From Halarcobacter sp. (GTDB taxonomy: Bacteria; Campylobacterota; Campylobacteria; Campylobacterales; Arcobacteraceae), in assembly GCA_048571215.1 (NCBI GenBank), contig CP182352.1, forward strand, positions 2,272,001 to 2,336,000: DNA of 64,000 nt. Direction: 5' to 3'. Each line of letters opens with the position of its first letter. The first letter of the stretch is position 1. The position numbers and the translations under genes were made by a program. The notes beneath the pieces are model-generated. The model ran no database searches and was not told where the DNA came from. It was given only the letters and a program-made list of their open reading frames with translations. Of this stretch, positions 55,193 to 64,000 are shown piece after piece.

Positions 55193-55277
55193 AAGAAAAT
55201 TATAATAGATGGGGATTAACTAAAGCATAATAAAGAGTTAATGATTAGTTAATATTAGTGTATATTTATAAAATAAG

Positions 55278-57350
55278 CTATTTTATTGGCAAAATAATGT
55301 CAAATTTTGCACCCTTGTATTTTTTATCTTGATAAATAAAATTAGTGTTTTCTACACTTATAGTACCATTCATCCCAGCAACTATAAAATTATAAGTGAT
55401 ATTTAACCCCAATCCTGTTCCCATACTTTTGTGTTTAGTAGTTGTATAGGGTTCAAATATATTATCCATAATCTTTTTATCAATCCCTCCACCATTATCT
55501 TTTAATGACAAATAGACAAAGTTATCTCTTTTTTTCAATGTTATAAAAAACACTCTTTCATTTTCTGGTAAATTTATTAACACATCTTTAGCATTATTGT
55601 AAATATTTATAATAGATTGTATAAACTCATTTGGATAACCTTTTATAACTATACTTTCGTCACAATCTAATATAATATTTATATAATTATTTGAAATTGA
55701 AGCCTTTACCAAAGTTAATAGTTGTTGGATAGTATCAAAAATATTAAACTCAACTAGGATTCTTTCGCCTCTTATAAAATTTCTAAAATCATCTATAGTT
55801 TTAGATAAAAATTGTGCATTATTGTTAATCAAATCCATATTATCAAATAACTCTATATCCTGTAAACTTCCCATCTCTTTTTTAAGTTTTGTCCCTGTTG
55901 ATACAGTTGATATTACACTTAAAGGTTGTCTCCATTGATGGGAAATATTTCCAATCATTTCCCCTAAAGATGCCATTTTTGATTGTTGTAGTACAATATT
56001 TTGTTGTTTTATATAATCAGTTATATCTGTTATATATCCTAAGATATCTGTTATTTTTCCATTTTCATCTTTTAAAGTTACTATATAATCTAAAACCCAC
56101 TTTATTTCATCATCTTTTGTAATAACCCTGTAAGGTTCATGTTTAAAATATTCTATTCCTCTGTTGATATTTGTGAATAATTCATTCTTTACAATATTTA
56201 CATCTTCAGGATGGATACAAGAAATATATGAAACCTTTTTATTAATAAATGCTTCTGATTCATACCCTAGTAGCTTATTTATAGATAAAGATACATATTG
56301 AGCATCTAAACTTAAGCTATCTTCCCAACTAAACTTAAATAAAACTACATCACTCTTATCAAATAGTGATAGCAAAGTTCTTTGGTATTGGCTTAAAGAT
56401 TCAGCTATTTTTTTCTGTTCATTTAACTCGTCATATGCAATAGCTAGTTTTTGATTTATACTTTTTATTGACCTATTTTTATATATTACAATTAATACTA
56501 TTAATGAAAAAATACCAATTACATAAAAAAGTTTTGAATAATCAAAAACCTCTTGTACTTTTATCTCTATCCATTTCCCTACAATGGTTCTAATTCTATC
56601 TTGGTCAATCGCATCTAAAGCTTTTTGCATAATAGTGTTTAATATAGGTTCATCATTTCTTGAAGCAATACTCAAATCAATAGTAAACTCTAACTTTCCA
56701 GCGATTTTAATATCATATAAGCCATATTTTTGAATATTATAACCAACAGCTTCCATAATATCTATGTATCCAAAAAGCTCTCCATTTTGAACTTTTTCTA
56801 AGCCCTCTTTTGCATTTTTCACTTCAACTATTTGTATATTGGGATTACGTAGTTTTAAAACCTCAATAAAAGCATAACTTTTAACAATGCCAATTTTTTT
56901 ATTATCTAAATCTTTAGTATCTTTAATAAAAAACTTATCTAGTTTAGTAGCAATAACAAAGGGTTCTTTCCAGTATGCCTTAGTAAAATTCATATAATCT
57001 CTTCTACTTGGAACATCCATGGCAACAGGAAGAATATCACACTTTCTTTTTTTTATATTTTCCAATGAAACAGCCCAACTTTTAGTAGGTACTAAAACAA
57101 TAGGGGTATTTATATACTCTGATACTAATTTGATTAAATCACTTCCTATACCATTGTGTTTATTGTTTTCATCTATTTGTTCAAAAGGCATCCAATCTGG
57201 TAAAACACACATTTTTATAGGACGATGATTATGTAACCATTGTTTTTCTTGGCTTGTAAGGTTTATATTAGAATTTGCAAAAAGTGTAGGTATAAATAAA
57301 ATATTAAATATTAAGATAAACAAAAAAATTTTATACTTAGATTTTAACAT
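55278..57350 (-). CDS. Sensor histidine kinase with periplasmic substrate-binding (family 3) domain and PAS domain
   Basis: WMPFE PBP domain, TM, PAS (IHPED), H-box ISHQWRQPL, N-box NNAKD, DNGGG, GTGLGL. Confidence 0.93.
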   Translation of the reverse strand: MLKSKYKIFLFILIFNILFIPTLFANSNINLTSQEKQWLHNHRPIKMCVLPDWMPFEQIDENNKHNGIGSDLIKLVSEYINTPIVLVPTKSWAVSLENIKKRKCDILPVAMDVPSRRDYMNFTKAYWKEPFVIATKLDKFFIKDTKDLDNKKIGIVKSYAFIEVLKLRNPNIQIVEVKNAKEGLEKVQNGELFGYIDIMEAVGYNIQKYGLYDIKIAGKLEFTIDLSIASRNDEPILNTIMQKALDAIDQDRIRTIVGKWIEIKVQEVFDYSKLFYVIGIFSLIVLIVIYKNRSIKSINQKLAIAYDELNEQKKIAESLSQYQRTLLSLFDKSDVVLFKFSWEDSLSLDAQYVSLSINKLLGYESEAFINKKVSYISCIHPEDVNIVKNELFTNINRGIEYFKHEPYRVITKDDEIKWVLDYIVTLKDENGKITDILGYITDITDYIKQQNIVLQQSKMASLGEMIGNISHQWRQPLSVISTVSTGTKLKKEMGSLQDIELFDNMDLINNNAQFLSKTIDDFRNFIRGERILVEFNIFDTIQQLLTLVKASISNNYINIILDCDESIVIKGYPNEFIQSIINIYNNAKDVLINLPENERVFFITLKKRDNFVYLSLKDNGGGIDKKIMDNIFEPYTTTKHKSMGTGLGLNITYNFIVAGMNGTISVENTNFIYQDKKYKGAKFDIILPIK

Positions 57351-57409
57351 ATATGAACTTTTTTATTTAATTATATCATAGCTTTGTATTCTTAATACCT
57401 AAGTATTAT

Positions 57410-57964
57410 TTAAACTCTATTTTTTCTTATTATTTGTTGAAGTAACTTACAATATGAAATTAGAAGAATTATTGATATATATACTAATTGTAAAATTGAT
57501 AATGATTTTTGTGCCATTATAAAATGTATTGTGATTAAAACAAGTGCTAGATATACAAACTTATGATATTTATTATACTTTGCAAATAGTTTTTTTGTGG
57601 AAGTTAATGCCATAAATACTAAAATAAAAAAAGCTATCATACCAAGATATATAAATGGTTTATCTAAACTTTCACTAATAACAAAAGAAAAATCCAGCTC
57701 TGCATCTAAAATATAAAAATTTAAAAAGTGCAATAGGGCATAAAAAAATCCAAAAAGTCCTATCATTCTTCTATATTTCATTAGATTTAAATACTTTTTT
57801 ATCATAGATATACAAATAGTAAAAAATAAAATAACAGTTGCACTAACCCCAGTAATTGTATATATATATTTTATAGGATCACTTACACTTTGTAAAATAA
57901 ATAACTCTATAAGCAAATAAAAAAATGGGATTAAAAGAGTTAAAAATAGTGCAATATTTTTCAT
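57410..57964 (-). CDS. msrQ: Methionine sulfoxide reductase heme-binding subunit
   Basis: RRMIGLFGFFYALLH, LTS, HKFVY..H; downstream of msrP. Confidence 0.92.
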   Translation of the reverse strand: MKNIALFLTLLIPFFYLLIELFILQSVSDPIKYIYTITGVSATVILFFTICISMIKKYLNLMKYRRMIGLFGFFYALLHFLNFYILDAELDFSFVISESLDKPFIYLGMIAFFILVFMALTSTKKLFAKYNKYHKFVYLALVLITIHFIMAQKSLSILQLVYISIILLISYCKLLQQIIRKNRV

Positions 57965-57973
57965 AATTTACTT

Positions 57974-58933
57974 CTAGAAGTATTTTCTTAAGTCCATCCC
58001 TTTATAAAGATGGGCAACTTCATTTTCATATCCATTAAACATTAACGTTTTTTGTTTAAAAAAACTTCCCAAAACTCTTTCCCTTTTTTGAGACCATCTA
58101 GGATGGTCAACATTTGGGTTTACATTTGCAAAAAAACCATATTCTCTTGGATTTTCTTTTTGCCATGAGTTTAAAGGTTCTTTATCTGTAAAAGATATTT
58201 TTGCAATAGATTTAACAGATTTAAATCCATATTTCCAAGGTACAACTAACCTTATAGGAGCACCATTTTGTTTTGGCATACTTGAACCATATAATCCTAC
58301 AGCTAAGATTGTTAAATCATTCATTGCTTCATCCATACGCAAACCTTCCACATAAGGGTAAGATATGGTTGAAAAAATTCCTCTTGCTTGATCAGGGAAC
58401 ATCTCTTCATCAACAAGTGTCTCAAATCTTATATATTTTGCACTAGATAAAGGTTTTACATATTTTATAAAATCAGATAATTTAAAGCCAATCCAAGGGA
58501 CAACCATAGACCAACCCTCAACACATCTAAATCTATAGATTCTCTCCTCAAGTTGAAAGTTTTTTATAAAATCTTCAAACCTTACTATTAAATCTTTTTC
58601 AACAAGTCCATCAATTACAATATCCCAATTGTTAGTATTCAAAGTATGAGCCATAGGTTTAACTCTCTCTTTACTTGTAGTAAATTCATAAAAGTTATTG
58701 TATGAAGTTATTTGATCATAGGTATTCAAAGTAAGATTATTTGGGTTTTTATCTTCTATATATTTTAGATTTTTTAAAGGTATATTCTCTTTTGCTAAAG
58801 CTTCAAATATCATCCCTGATGAAACTAACGAGGCAGCTCCAAGTTTTAAAAAATTTCTTCGTTTATCAAAAAGCTCTTTGGGTGTTATATCTTTTTCATC
58901 TAATTGCCATGTTGGTTTTTTTATAATATTCAT
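57974..58933 (-). CDS. msrP: Methionine sulfoxide reductase catalytic molybdo-subunit
   Basis: Tat RRNFLK, YNNFYEF, RFRCVEGWS, QNGAPIRLVVPWKYGFKS. Confidence 0.97.
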   Translation of the reverse strand: MNIIKKPTWQLDEKDITPKELFDKRRNFLKLGAASLVSSGMIFEALAKENIPLKNLKYIEDKNPNNLTLNTYDQITSYNNFYEFTTSKERVKPMAHTLNTNNWDIVIDGLVEKDLIVRFEDFIKNFQLEERIYRFRCVEGWSMVVPWIGFKLSDFIKYVKPLSSAKYIRFETLVDEEMFPDQARGIFSTISYPYVEGLRMDEAMNDLTILAVGLYGSSMPKQNGAPIRLVVPWKYGFKSVKSIAKISFTDKEPLNSWQKENPREYGFFANVNPNVDHPRWSQKRERVLGSFFKQKTLMFNGYENEVAHLYKGMDLRKYF

Positions 58934-59002
58934 AACACATCCTTTTCATATTCTTTTTAAATTCTATATAAATAGTGTTAAGAGTATGTGTAGATAGTTT
59001 AA

Positions 59003-59040
59003 TAAAAAAAGGTAGAAGAAAAAATCTCCTACCTTTTAAA
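59003..59040 (-). terminator. Terminator downstream of tpx
   Basis: AAAAGGTAG...CTACCTTTT hairpin with A-tract. Confidence 0.6.
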
Positions 59041-59063
59041 ATATATTCAATTAATATAAATTA

Positions 59064-59552
59064 TTAGTTAATAGCGCCTAAAGCAGCTTCGTAATTTGGC
59101 TCTTCAGTAATTTCTGGACAAATCTCTTTATATGTAACTACACCGTTTGCATCTGTTACAAAAATTGCTCTACAAGTAACACCTGCTAATGGTCCATCAG
59201 CAATTAAAACTCCATATGCATTTGCGAAATCTTTATTTCTAAAATCTGAACCAACTTTTAAGTTTTCGATACCTTCAGTTGTACAAAATCTTCCCATTGC
59301 GAATGGTAAGTCCATAGAAACTACTACAACTTCTGCATCAGATTTTGCTGCTTCTTCGTTGAATTTTCTAGTTTCTGCTGCGCATACAGGAGTATCTAAA
59401 GATGGTACTACCACGATAACTTGAGCTTTTCCACCAATTTCAACTTCAGATAAATCTTGAGCTACCACTTTTACTACAGGAGCTTTATCCCCTACATTTA
59501 CTTCAGTTCCCGCTAAATTTACTAAATTACCTTTAAGGTTTGTTGTTGCCAT
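59064..59552 (-). CDS. tpx: Thiol peroxidase
   Basis: VPSLDTPVC, SMDLPFAMGRFC, EPNYE. Confidence 0.97.
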   Translation of the reverse strand: MATTNLKGNLVNLAGTEVNVGDKAPVVKVVAQDLSEVEIGGKAQVIVVVPSLDTPVCAAETRKFNEEAAKSDAEVVVVSMDLPFAMGRFCTTEGIENLKVGSDFRNKDFANAYGVLIADGPLAGVTCRAIFVTDANGVVTYKEICPEITEEPNYEAALGAIN

Positions 59553-59684
59553 TTTTTCCCTTTTTTTAAAAATTTACTGAGAATTATAATTAAAGATAAT
59601 AAACATTTTCTTAATTATAAACTCTAATATTAATTATATCGTAAAAATTTATTTTATCAATAGTCCAAACATTATATTTAAAAT

Positions 59685-60518
59685 TTATATTAACTTAATA
59701 TTATCTTCATTTAATTGTATTTTTTTATCATTGATCAATTTTGTCAAACTTGCTTTAAAAGCTTTTTTACTCATAGCAAAAACATTTTTTATATCTTCTG
59801 CACTACTTTTATAAGTAAATGCTAGTTCTCCATCATTTTGTTTCAATATTTCTAAAACTTTATTTACAAAATCATCATCTTTTTTTGCACCAATTTTTTG
59901 TAAAGAGATATCTAGTTTACCATCATCCCTTACATATTTTATATAAGCTTTAGTTCTATGTCCAACTTGTATGTTTTCAAATATTTCATTGTGGTATATA
60001 AGCCCCTCATAGGTATTGTTTACTATAACTTTAAAACCTAAAGGGGTTTTAATATACAATAAAATATCAACCTCATCATTTTTTACAAGGTTTTTAGGTT
60101 CTTTACTTAAAGTAAATTTTTCACTTCCTATAAGTCTATTTGTTTTTTCATCTTCAATAATTTGTACAACTTTTATATCTCCTACCCTAAAAGTACTTTT
60201 TTGCTTGTTTTTAGGTACTAATAAATCCTTAGGTAAGCCCATATCTACAAAGGCTCCAAATTTTGCAGTGTCGACTACTTCTAAAGCTGCAAATTGATTT
60301 TTCATGGCATAAGGTTTAAGCGTTGTTGATACCAGTCTATCTTCACTATCAGTATAGATAAAAACATCTAAAGTGCTTCCAATTTCCATCTCTTTTTTTA
60401 CATAACAATTTGGTAAAAGAACCTCCTGCTCATCTTCACTTATCAAATAAAGACCTGGCTCACTTACTCTGTTTATTTTTAGAGAATTTATCTCCCCTAA
60501 TTCAATTTTTTTATTCAT
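59685..60518 (-). CDS. cvfB: CvfB family S1 RNA-binding protein
   Basis: VFIYTDSEDR, GAFVDMGLPKDLLVP, R.DGKLDISL, MSKKAFK winged helix. Confidence 0.88.
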   Translation of the reverse strand: MNKKIELGEINSLKINRVSEPGLYLISEDEQEVLLPNCYVKKEMEIGSTLDVFIYTDSEDRLVSTTLKPYAMKNQFAALEVVDTAKFGAFVDMGLPKDLLVPKNKQKSTFRVGDIKVVQIIEDEKTNRLIGSEKFTLSKEPKNLVKNDEVDILLYIKTPLGFKVIVNNTYEGLIYHNEIFENIQVGHRTKAYIKYVRDDGKLDISLQKIGAKKDDDFVNKVLEILKQNDGELAFTYKSSAEDIKNVFAMSKKAFKASLTKLINDKKIQLNEDNIKLI

Positions 60519-61312
60519 TTTTTTCCTAAAATTTTTACAAGAACTAAAGTTATAACACCAACTATAATTATACTAGCCCCTGAACTTATATCATAATAAT
60601 ATGAAATAACCAAACCACATAGTGTCAAAAATACTGCAACCAAAGAACTTATAATCATCATAGTAGATAATTTTTTTGAATAAAGCTCTGCTAAATATGT
60701 TGGTATGGTTAATAATGCAATCACTAAAATCAATCCTACTACTTTTATTGCAGCAACAACACTAAGTGCTGCTAATATTAAAATAAGTGTATAAAAGAAA
60801 TTTACTGATATACCCCTAAGTTTTGCAAACTCACTATCATAAGAAACTGCTAATATTTGTTTATAAAATAGTAAAACCATCCCTATAATAAAAAAATCTA
60901 AGATACCTAAGTAAACTAAATCTTCATTTGAAACTGCAATAATTGAACCAAAAAGATAACTCATCAAATCAACATTATATCCAGGGGTTAAATCCACAAA
61001 AATAATACCTAAAGCCATCCCAAATGCCCACATTATTCCTATTATAGAGTCTATTCTTTTTTTATTGTTTATTGTAATTACTGCAATTATAAGAGCTGTT
61101 GTAATTGCAAAAACTGTTGCTCCAAATAATATAGGTAAACCTAAATATATAGCTAAACCAATCCCTCCATATGAACTATGGGCAATTCCCCCTGCTAAAA
61201 AAGTAATTCTATTTACAACTACTAAAGAACCAATGATTCCAGCTGCAATAGAAACCAATATACCTGCTATTAAGGCATTTTGTATAAAATCGTATTGTAA
61301 AGCTTCTAACAT
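60515..61312 (-). CDS. znuB: Zn/Mn ABC transporter permease
   Basis: IAHSSYGG, DLMSYLFGSI, VGLILVIALLTIP. Confidence 0.88.
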   Translation of the reverse strand: MLEALQYDFIQNALIAGILVSIAAGIIGSLVVVNRITFLAGGIAHSSYGGIGLAIYLGLPILFGATVFAITTALIIAVITINNKKRIDSIIGIMWAFGMALGIIFVDLTPGYNVDLMSYLFGSIIAVSNEDLVYLGILDFFIIGMVLLFYKQILAVSYDSEFAKLRGISVNFFYTLILILAALSVVAAIKVVGLILVIALLTIPTYLAELYSKKLSTMMIISSLVAVFLTLCGLVISYYYDISSGASIIIVGVITLVLVKILGKK

Positions 61313-61324
61313 ATAATATCCATT

Positions 61325-62071
61325 TTAAATATGTGTATGATTACAACAAACTTCAGTTTTACCCAAAGCTGATAAAAGTTCAACTTCACAAAGATGCTCA
61401 TCACTTACAAACTCTTTTTTATCATTGTTTTTTAAATGATGATAAACCATATTTTTATTTATATGAACAACATTTTTTGCATAATTTAAAAGTACAGAGA
61501 TATCATGACTAACAACAACTATAGTCATAGATTTATTCAAGTTTTTTAATAGTTCATATATATCTCTTTGACCTTTTACATCTATACTTGCAGTTGGTTC
61601 ATCTAAAAGCATAAGTTTAGGATTTGCACATAAAGCACGAGCTATAAAAACTCTTTGCCTTTGACCTCCACTTAAATCTGAAATTTTATTTTCTGAAAAC
61701 TCTTTCATACCAACTTGTTCAAGAGAATTCAATGCACAAGAGATCTCCTCCTTGCTATATCCAAAAAGCTGTCTTTTTCCACCTATATGTCCCATAAGTA
61801 CAACCTCAAGTGCTGTTATAGGAAAATCGATATTTAAATTTGTATTTTGGGGAACATATCCTATGTTATCACTTTTTATATGTTTTATCATCTTGCCACT
61901 TTTTGGTTTCAAAAGCTTTAGTATGATTTTTAATAAAGTTGATTTTCCACCACCATTTGGACCTATAATAGCTAAAAAATCATTCTCTATAATATCTAAA
62001 TTTATATCTTCTATCACATTTAGTCTATCGTATGCGTAGCAGATATTTTTAAGCTCTAATATTTTTTCCAT
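61325..62071 (-). CDS. znuC: Zn/Mn ABC transporter ATP-binding protein
   Basis: GPNGGGKS, IGYVPQ, LSGGQRQR, LLDEPT, His/Cys-rich tail. Confidence 0.88.
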   Translation of the reverse strand: MEKILELKNICYAYDRLNVIEDINLDIIENDFLAIIGPNGGGKSTLLKIILKLLKPKSGKMIKHIKSDNIGYVPQNTNLNIDFPITALEVVLMGHIGGKRQLFGYSKEEISCALNSLEQVGMKEFSENKISDLSGGQRQRVFIARALCANPKLMLLDEPTASIDVKGQRDIYELLKNLNKSMTIVVVSHDISVLLNYAKNVVHINKNMVYHHLKNNDKKEFVSDEHLCEVELLSALGKTEVCCNHTHI

Positions 62072-62125
62072 TTCTATTTACTTCACCTTAAAAAGTGCGA
62101 TTATACTTAAATAAAAGCAAGCTTG

Positions 62126-62890
62126 TCAATCTTTAGGTTTAGTTATGAAATTTAAAAAATTATTATATAAAATCCCTAAATATTCATGCATAGATACATC
62201 TGTTTTTCTTAAGTGACTAACCTTTGGTATAGAAAAAAAATCCCCATTTCCTTTTGAGAGATAATCAGTTGGTGCAGCGATTGGATTCATCTTTGCATTT
62301 TTAAATATTGCCATTGCTCTTGGCATATGGCTAGCAGAAGTAACCAAAATAAACTTATTATCTCCTATTACTTTTTTTGCATAAAGTGCTTCTTCAAAGG
62401 TATCTTTTGCTTTTTCTTGGGTTAAGATTTTACTTTTTGGAACTCCTAGAGAAATAGCAACATCTTTTGAGACAAAGGCATGAGGTACTTTATCAGGTCC
62501 AGCATATCCCGATACAATAAGTTTAGCATCATTGAGTTCTCTAAATATTCTAATACCTTCACCCAATCTCATCAAAGCAGTTTGAGATAGTTGAGATAAA
62601 GAGGAGATGTTTTTATTTGTTTCATGTCCACTTCCTAATACAAGTACATACTTTACAGATTTATCCACATTTATATATGCTGGATATTTTTGCTCTAAAG
62701 GTTTTGTAATATAATTTGCAAAGGGTGAATAAGAGACTATACACAACCATAAAAAAGAGAGGGTAAGATATATTTTGGCTTTCTTATAACTTTTGAAAAA
62801 AAGTGCAAACAATCCAAATAGAAACAATAAAAGTCCTATTGAAAGGGGCATAAAAAATGCAGAGATAATCTTTTTTAGAGTAAAAAGCAT
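62126..62890 (-). CDS. elyC: ElyC/SanA/YdcF (DUF218) family protein
   Basis: VLVLGSG, RLGEG, SG, DTFEEA, LVTSASHMPRA, HEYLG. Confidence 0.85.
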   Translation of the reverse strand: MLFTLKKIISAFFMPLSIGLLLFLFGLFALFFKSYKKAKIYLTLSFLWLCIVSYSPFANYITKPLEQKYPAYINVDKSVKYVLVLGSGHETNKNISSLSQLSQTALMRLGEGIRIFRELNDAKLIVSGYAGPDKVPHAFVSKDVAISLGVPKSKILTQEKAKDTFEEALYAKKVIGDNKFILVTSASHMPRAMAIFKNAKMNPIAAPTDYLSKGNGDFFSIPKVSHLRKTDVSMHEYLGILYNNFLNFITKPKD

Positions 62891-62891
62891 C

Positions 62892-63698
62892 TTAACTCTT
62901 TACAATTAAAGCTGAGGCATAGCCCACTACACTACTATTATCTTTAGTCCTATCAAAACTTGTACAGTAGTGTAAGAATTTAGTTTTAAACCCTTTTTTT
63001 AAAGCACTATTAACCATAGCTTTTACACCTATTTTTCCACAAGCCTCACACCCCTTATCAAAAAGTTCCAAATCCATATTCACTATTGCATTTAAACAGA
63101 TATTATCAAGTTTTTTTGCTTTTTCAAGGGTGTAAAAATGACTTAAATCTGTACTAATTACCACAAAATTATCATCATCTTCAAGTAATTGATCAATCAA
63201 AGTTGATAAGGTTTTAAAATCTTGTCTACCATACACTATCTCAACTACAGAAGTTTTATCAAAATAGTTTTTAATAAAAGGCACTTGGGTTTCTGTTGAA
63301 TGTTCGTGATGTGCTTCCTCAAAAAAGTTTAAAAACTCATATTTATCTTTTAATTTTTTTGAATACTCTAAATCTATTTTTATATCCCCATAAGGTGTTT
63401 CATAATTATCATATAAGGCTATTGAAGAACCTTCTAAGTATACCTTATGGCTTGGACCTATTACAATAACTCTTTTTATCTCACTTTTTAGATTTTGATT
63501 TAGACTTAAATTATAAGCTAAATTTGCAGTAAATCCACTATAAATATATCCCGCATGGGGTACTATAACTGCTTTTATATCAAGCTTGGTATCATTTTCA
63601 AGATTAAAACTATCATTAAAAGTTTTAATATATTTATCAATCTCATCTTTACTTTTTGGATAAAAAGTTCCCCTTACTGCTGCTTTTCTAATACTCAT
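62892..63698 (-). CDS. amrB: AmmeMemoRadiSam system protein B (MEMO1 family)
   Basis: R.AAV.GTFYP, VPHAGYIYSG, GPSH, EHSTETQ.PF, ISTDLSH, ACG, VVGYAS. Confidence 0.93.
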   Translation of the reverse strand: MSIRKAAVRGTFYPKSKDEIDKYIKTFNDSFNLENDTKLDIKAVIVPHAGYIYSGFTANLAYNLSLNQNLKSEIKRVIVIGPSHKVYLEGSSIALYDNYETPYGDIKIDLEYSKKLKDKYEFLNFFEEAHHEHSTETQVPFIKNYFDKTSVVEIVYGRQDFKTLSTLIDQLLEDDDNFVVISTDLSHFYTLEKAKKLDNICLNAIVNMDLELFDKGCEACGKIGVKAMVNSALKKGFKTKFLHYCTSFDRTKDNSSVVGYASALIVKS

Positions 63699-63700
63699 CT

Positions 63701-64000
63701 CTAACCTTTAAATACACCTGCTATTTTTTCACTACATTGAGGACAAGTAGAATTTATTATTTTATTATAGTTTACCGAAAAATGCTCTCTACTTATTAAC
63801 TCAAAACCACACTTTGGACAAAAAGTATTATTTTTAAATCCAATATTTCCTATATAAACATAGTTTAAACCCTCATTTTTTGCTAAATCATATGCCATTT
63901 TAAGAGTTTCAAAAGGGGTTCTTGGAAGATCTTGTTCCTTATAATCTGGATGAAAGGCTGATATATGCCAGGGGGTGTTTACCCCTAAGTTTTCCTTAAT
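63701..64000 (-). CDS. amrS: AmmeMemoRadiSam radical SAM enzyme, C-terminal part (truncated by window end)
   Basis: PWHISAFHPDYK, GLNYVYIGN, TFCPKCG..LISR, CPQC motifs; upstream of amrB. Confidence 0.9.
   Translation of the reverse strand: MKENLGVNTPWHISAFHPDYKEQDLPRTPFETLKMAYDLAKNEGLNYVYIGNIGFKNNTFCPKCGFELISREHFSVNYNKIINSTCPQCSEKIAGVFKG

Larger units (their letters stand above)
54883..55253. repeat. Tandem duplication of a ~178-bp unit (period ~193 bp)
   Basis: 54883-55061 and 55076-55253 differ at only a few positions. Confidence 0.95.

Noticed and set aside
54883..55253. Repeat region considered as a CRISPR array or IS ends
   Set aside because: Only two ~178-bp units, no short repeat/unique spacer pattern, no cas or transposase genes.
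2195..62039. Numerous short ORF-track entries antisense or out of frame within long genes (e.g. 2195-2626, 15064-15402, 31397-31702, 39144-39461, 41273-41668, 61752-62039)
   Set aside because: They lie wholly within well-supported genes, have no RBS or recognisable motifs, and are typical shadow ORFs.
60515..62071. znuBC without an adjacent znuA
   Set aside because: Split metal-ABC loci are common and the binding protein may be elsewhere; nothing else is unusual.
1..64000. tRNA or rRNA genes
   Set aside because: No GC-rich cloverleaf or rRNA-like segments were seen in any intergenic region.

Overview
AT-rich chromosomal window from a Campylobacterota bacterium, most likely Arcobacteraceae (judged from the gene content and protein style). 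The housekeeping backbone is mscS, rhomboid, lon, bamD, proC, rdgB, MFS, lapG/lapD, RND, ada, glyA, valS, uvrD-like helicase, msrPQ, tpx, cvfB, znuBC, elyC and amrB/amrS. Two accessory blocks interrupt it. (1) About 7.4-22.0 kb: a cyanophycin-synthetase-like ATP-grasp/TPR/LicD fusion, a cytidylyltransferase and a TIGR03032 protein precede a ~2,970-aa FG-GAP/Ig-repeat surface protein, a lipoprotein and an outer-membrane beta-barrel. This looks like an adhesin with its own modification and display machinery. (2) About 41.7-52.6 kb, the most striking region: a tyrosine recombinase sits beside a ~9.7-kb segment bounded by a perfect 27-bp inverted repeat (42781-42807 / 52481-52507). The repeat contains the RBS, ATG and first codons of two convergent units. 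One unit is an aminocyclitol-type biosynthetic operon: inositol-1-phosphate synthase fused to an SHMT-like PLP enzyme, a TIR protein, a BtrR-like aminotransferase, a BtrN-like radical SAM enzyme and a GNAT. The other is a SIR2-STAND (Avs-like) gene. A clear sigma70 -10 box lies just outside the right repeat, suggesting an invertible, phase-variable switch between two candidate anti-phage modules, one possibly chemistry-based. Other observations: a tandem pair of ~118-nt sRNA candidates, a Cys-to-Ser LapG paralogue, an RND gene broken by one in-frame stop, and an unannotated zinc-ribbon small ORF. All family assignments come from motif recognition and recalled sequences, not database searches.
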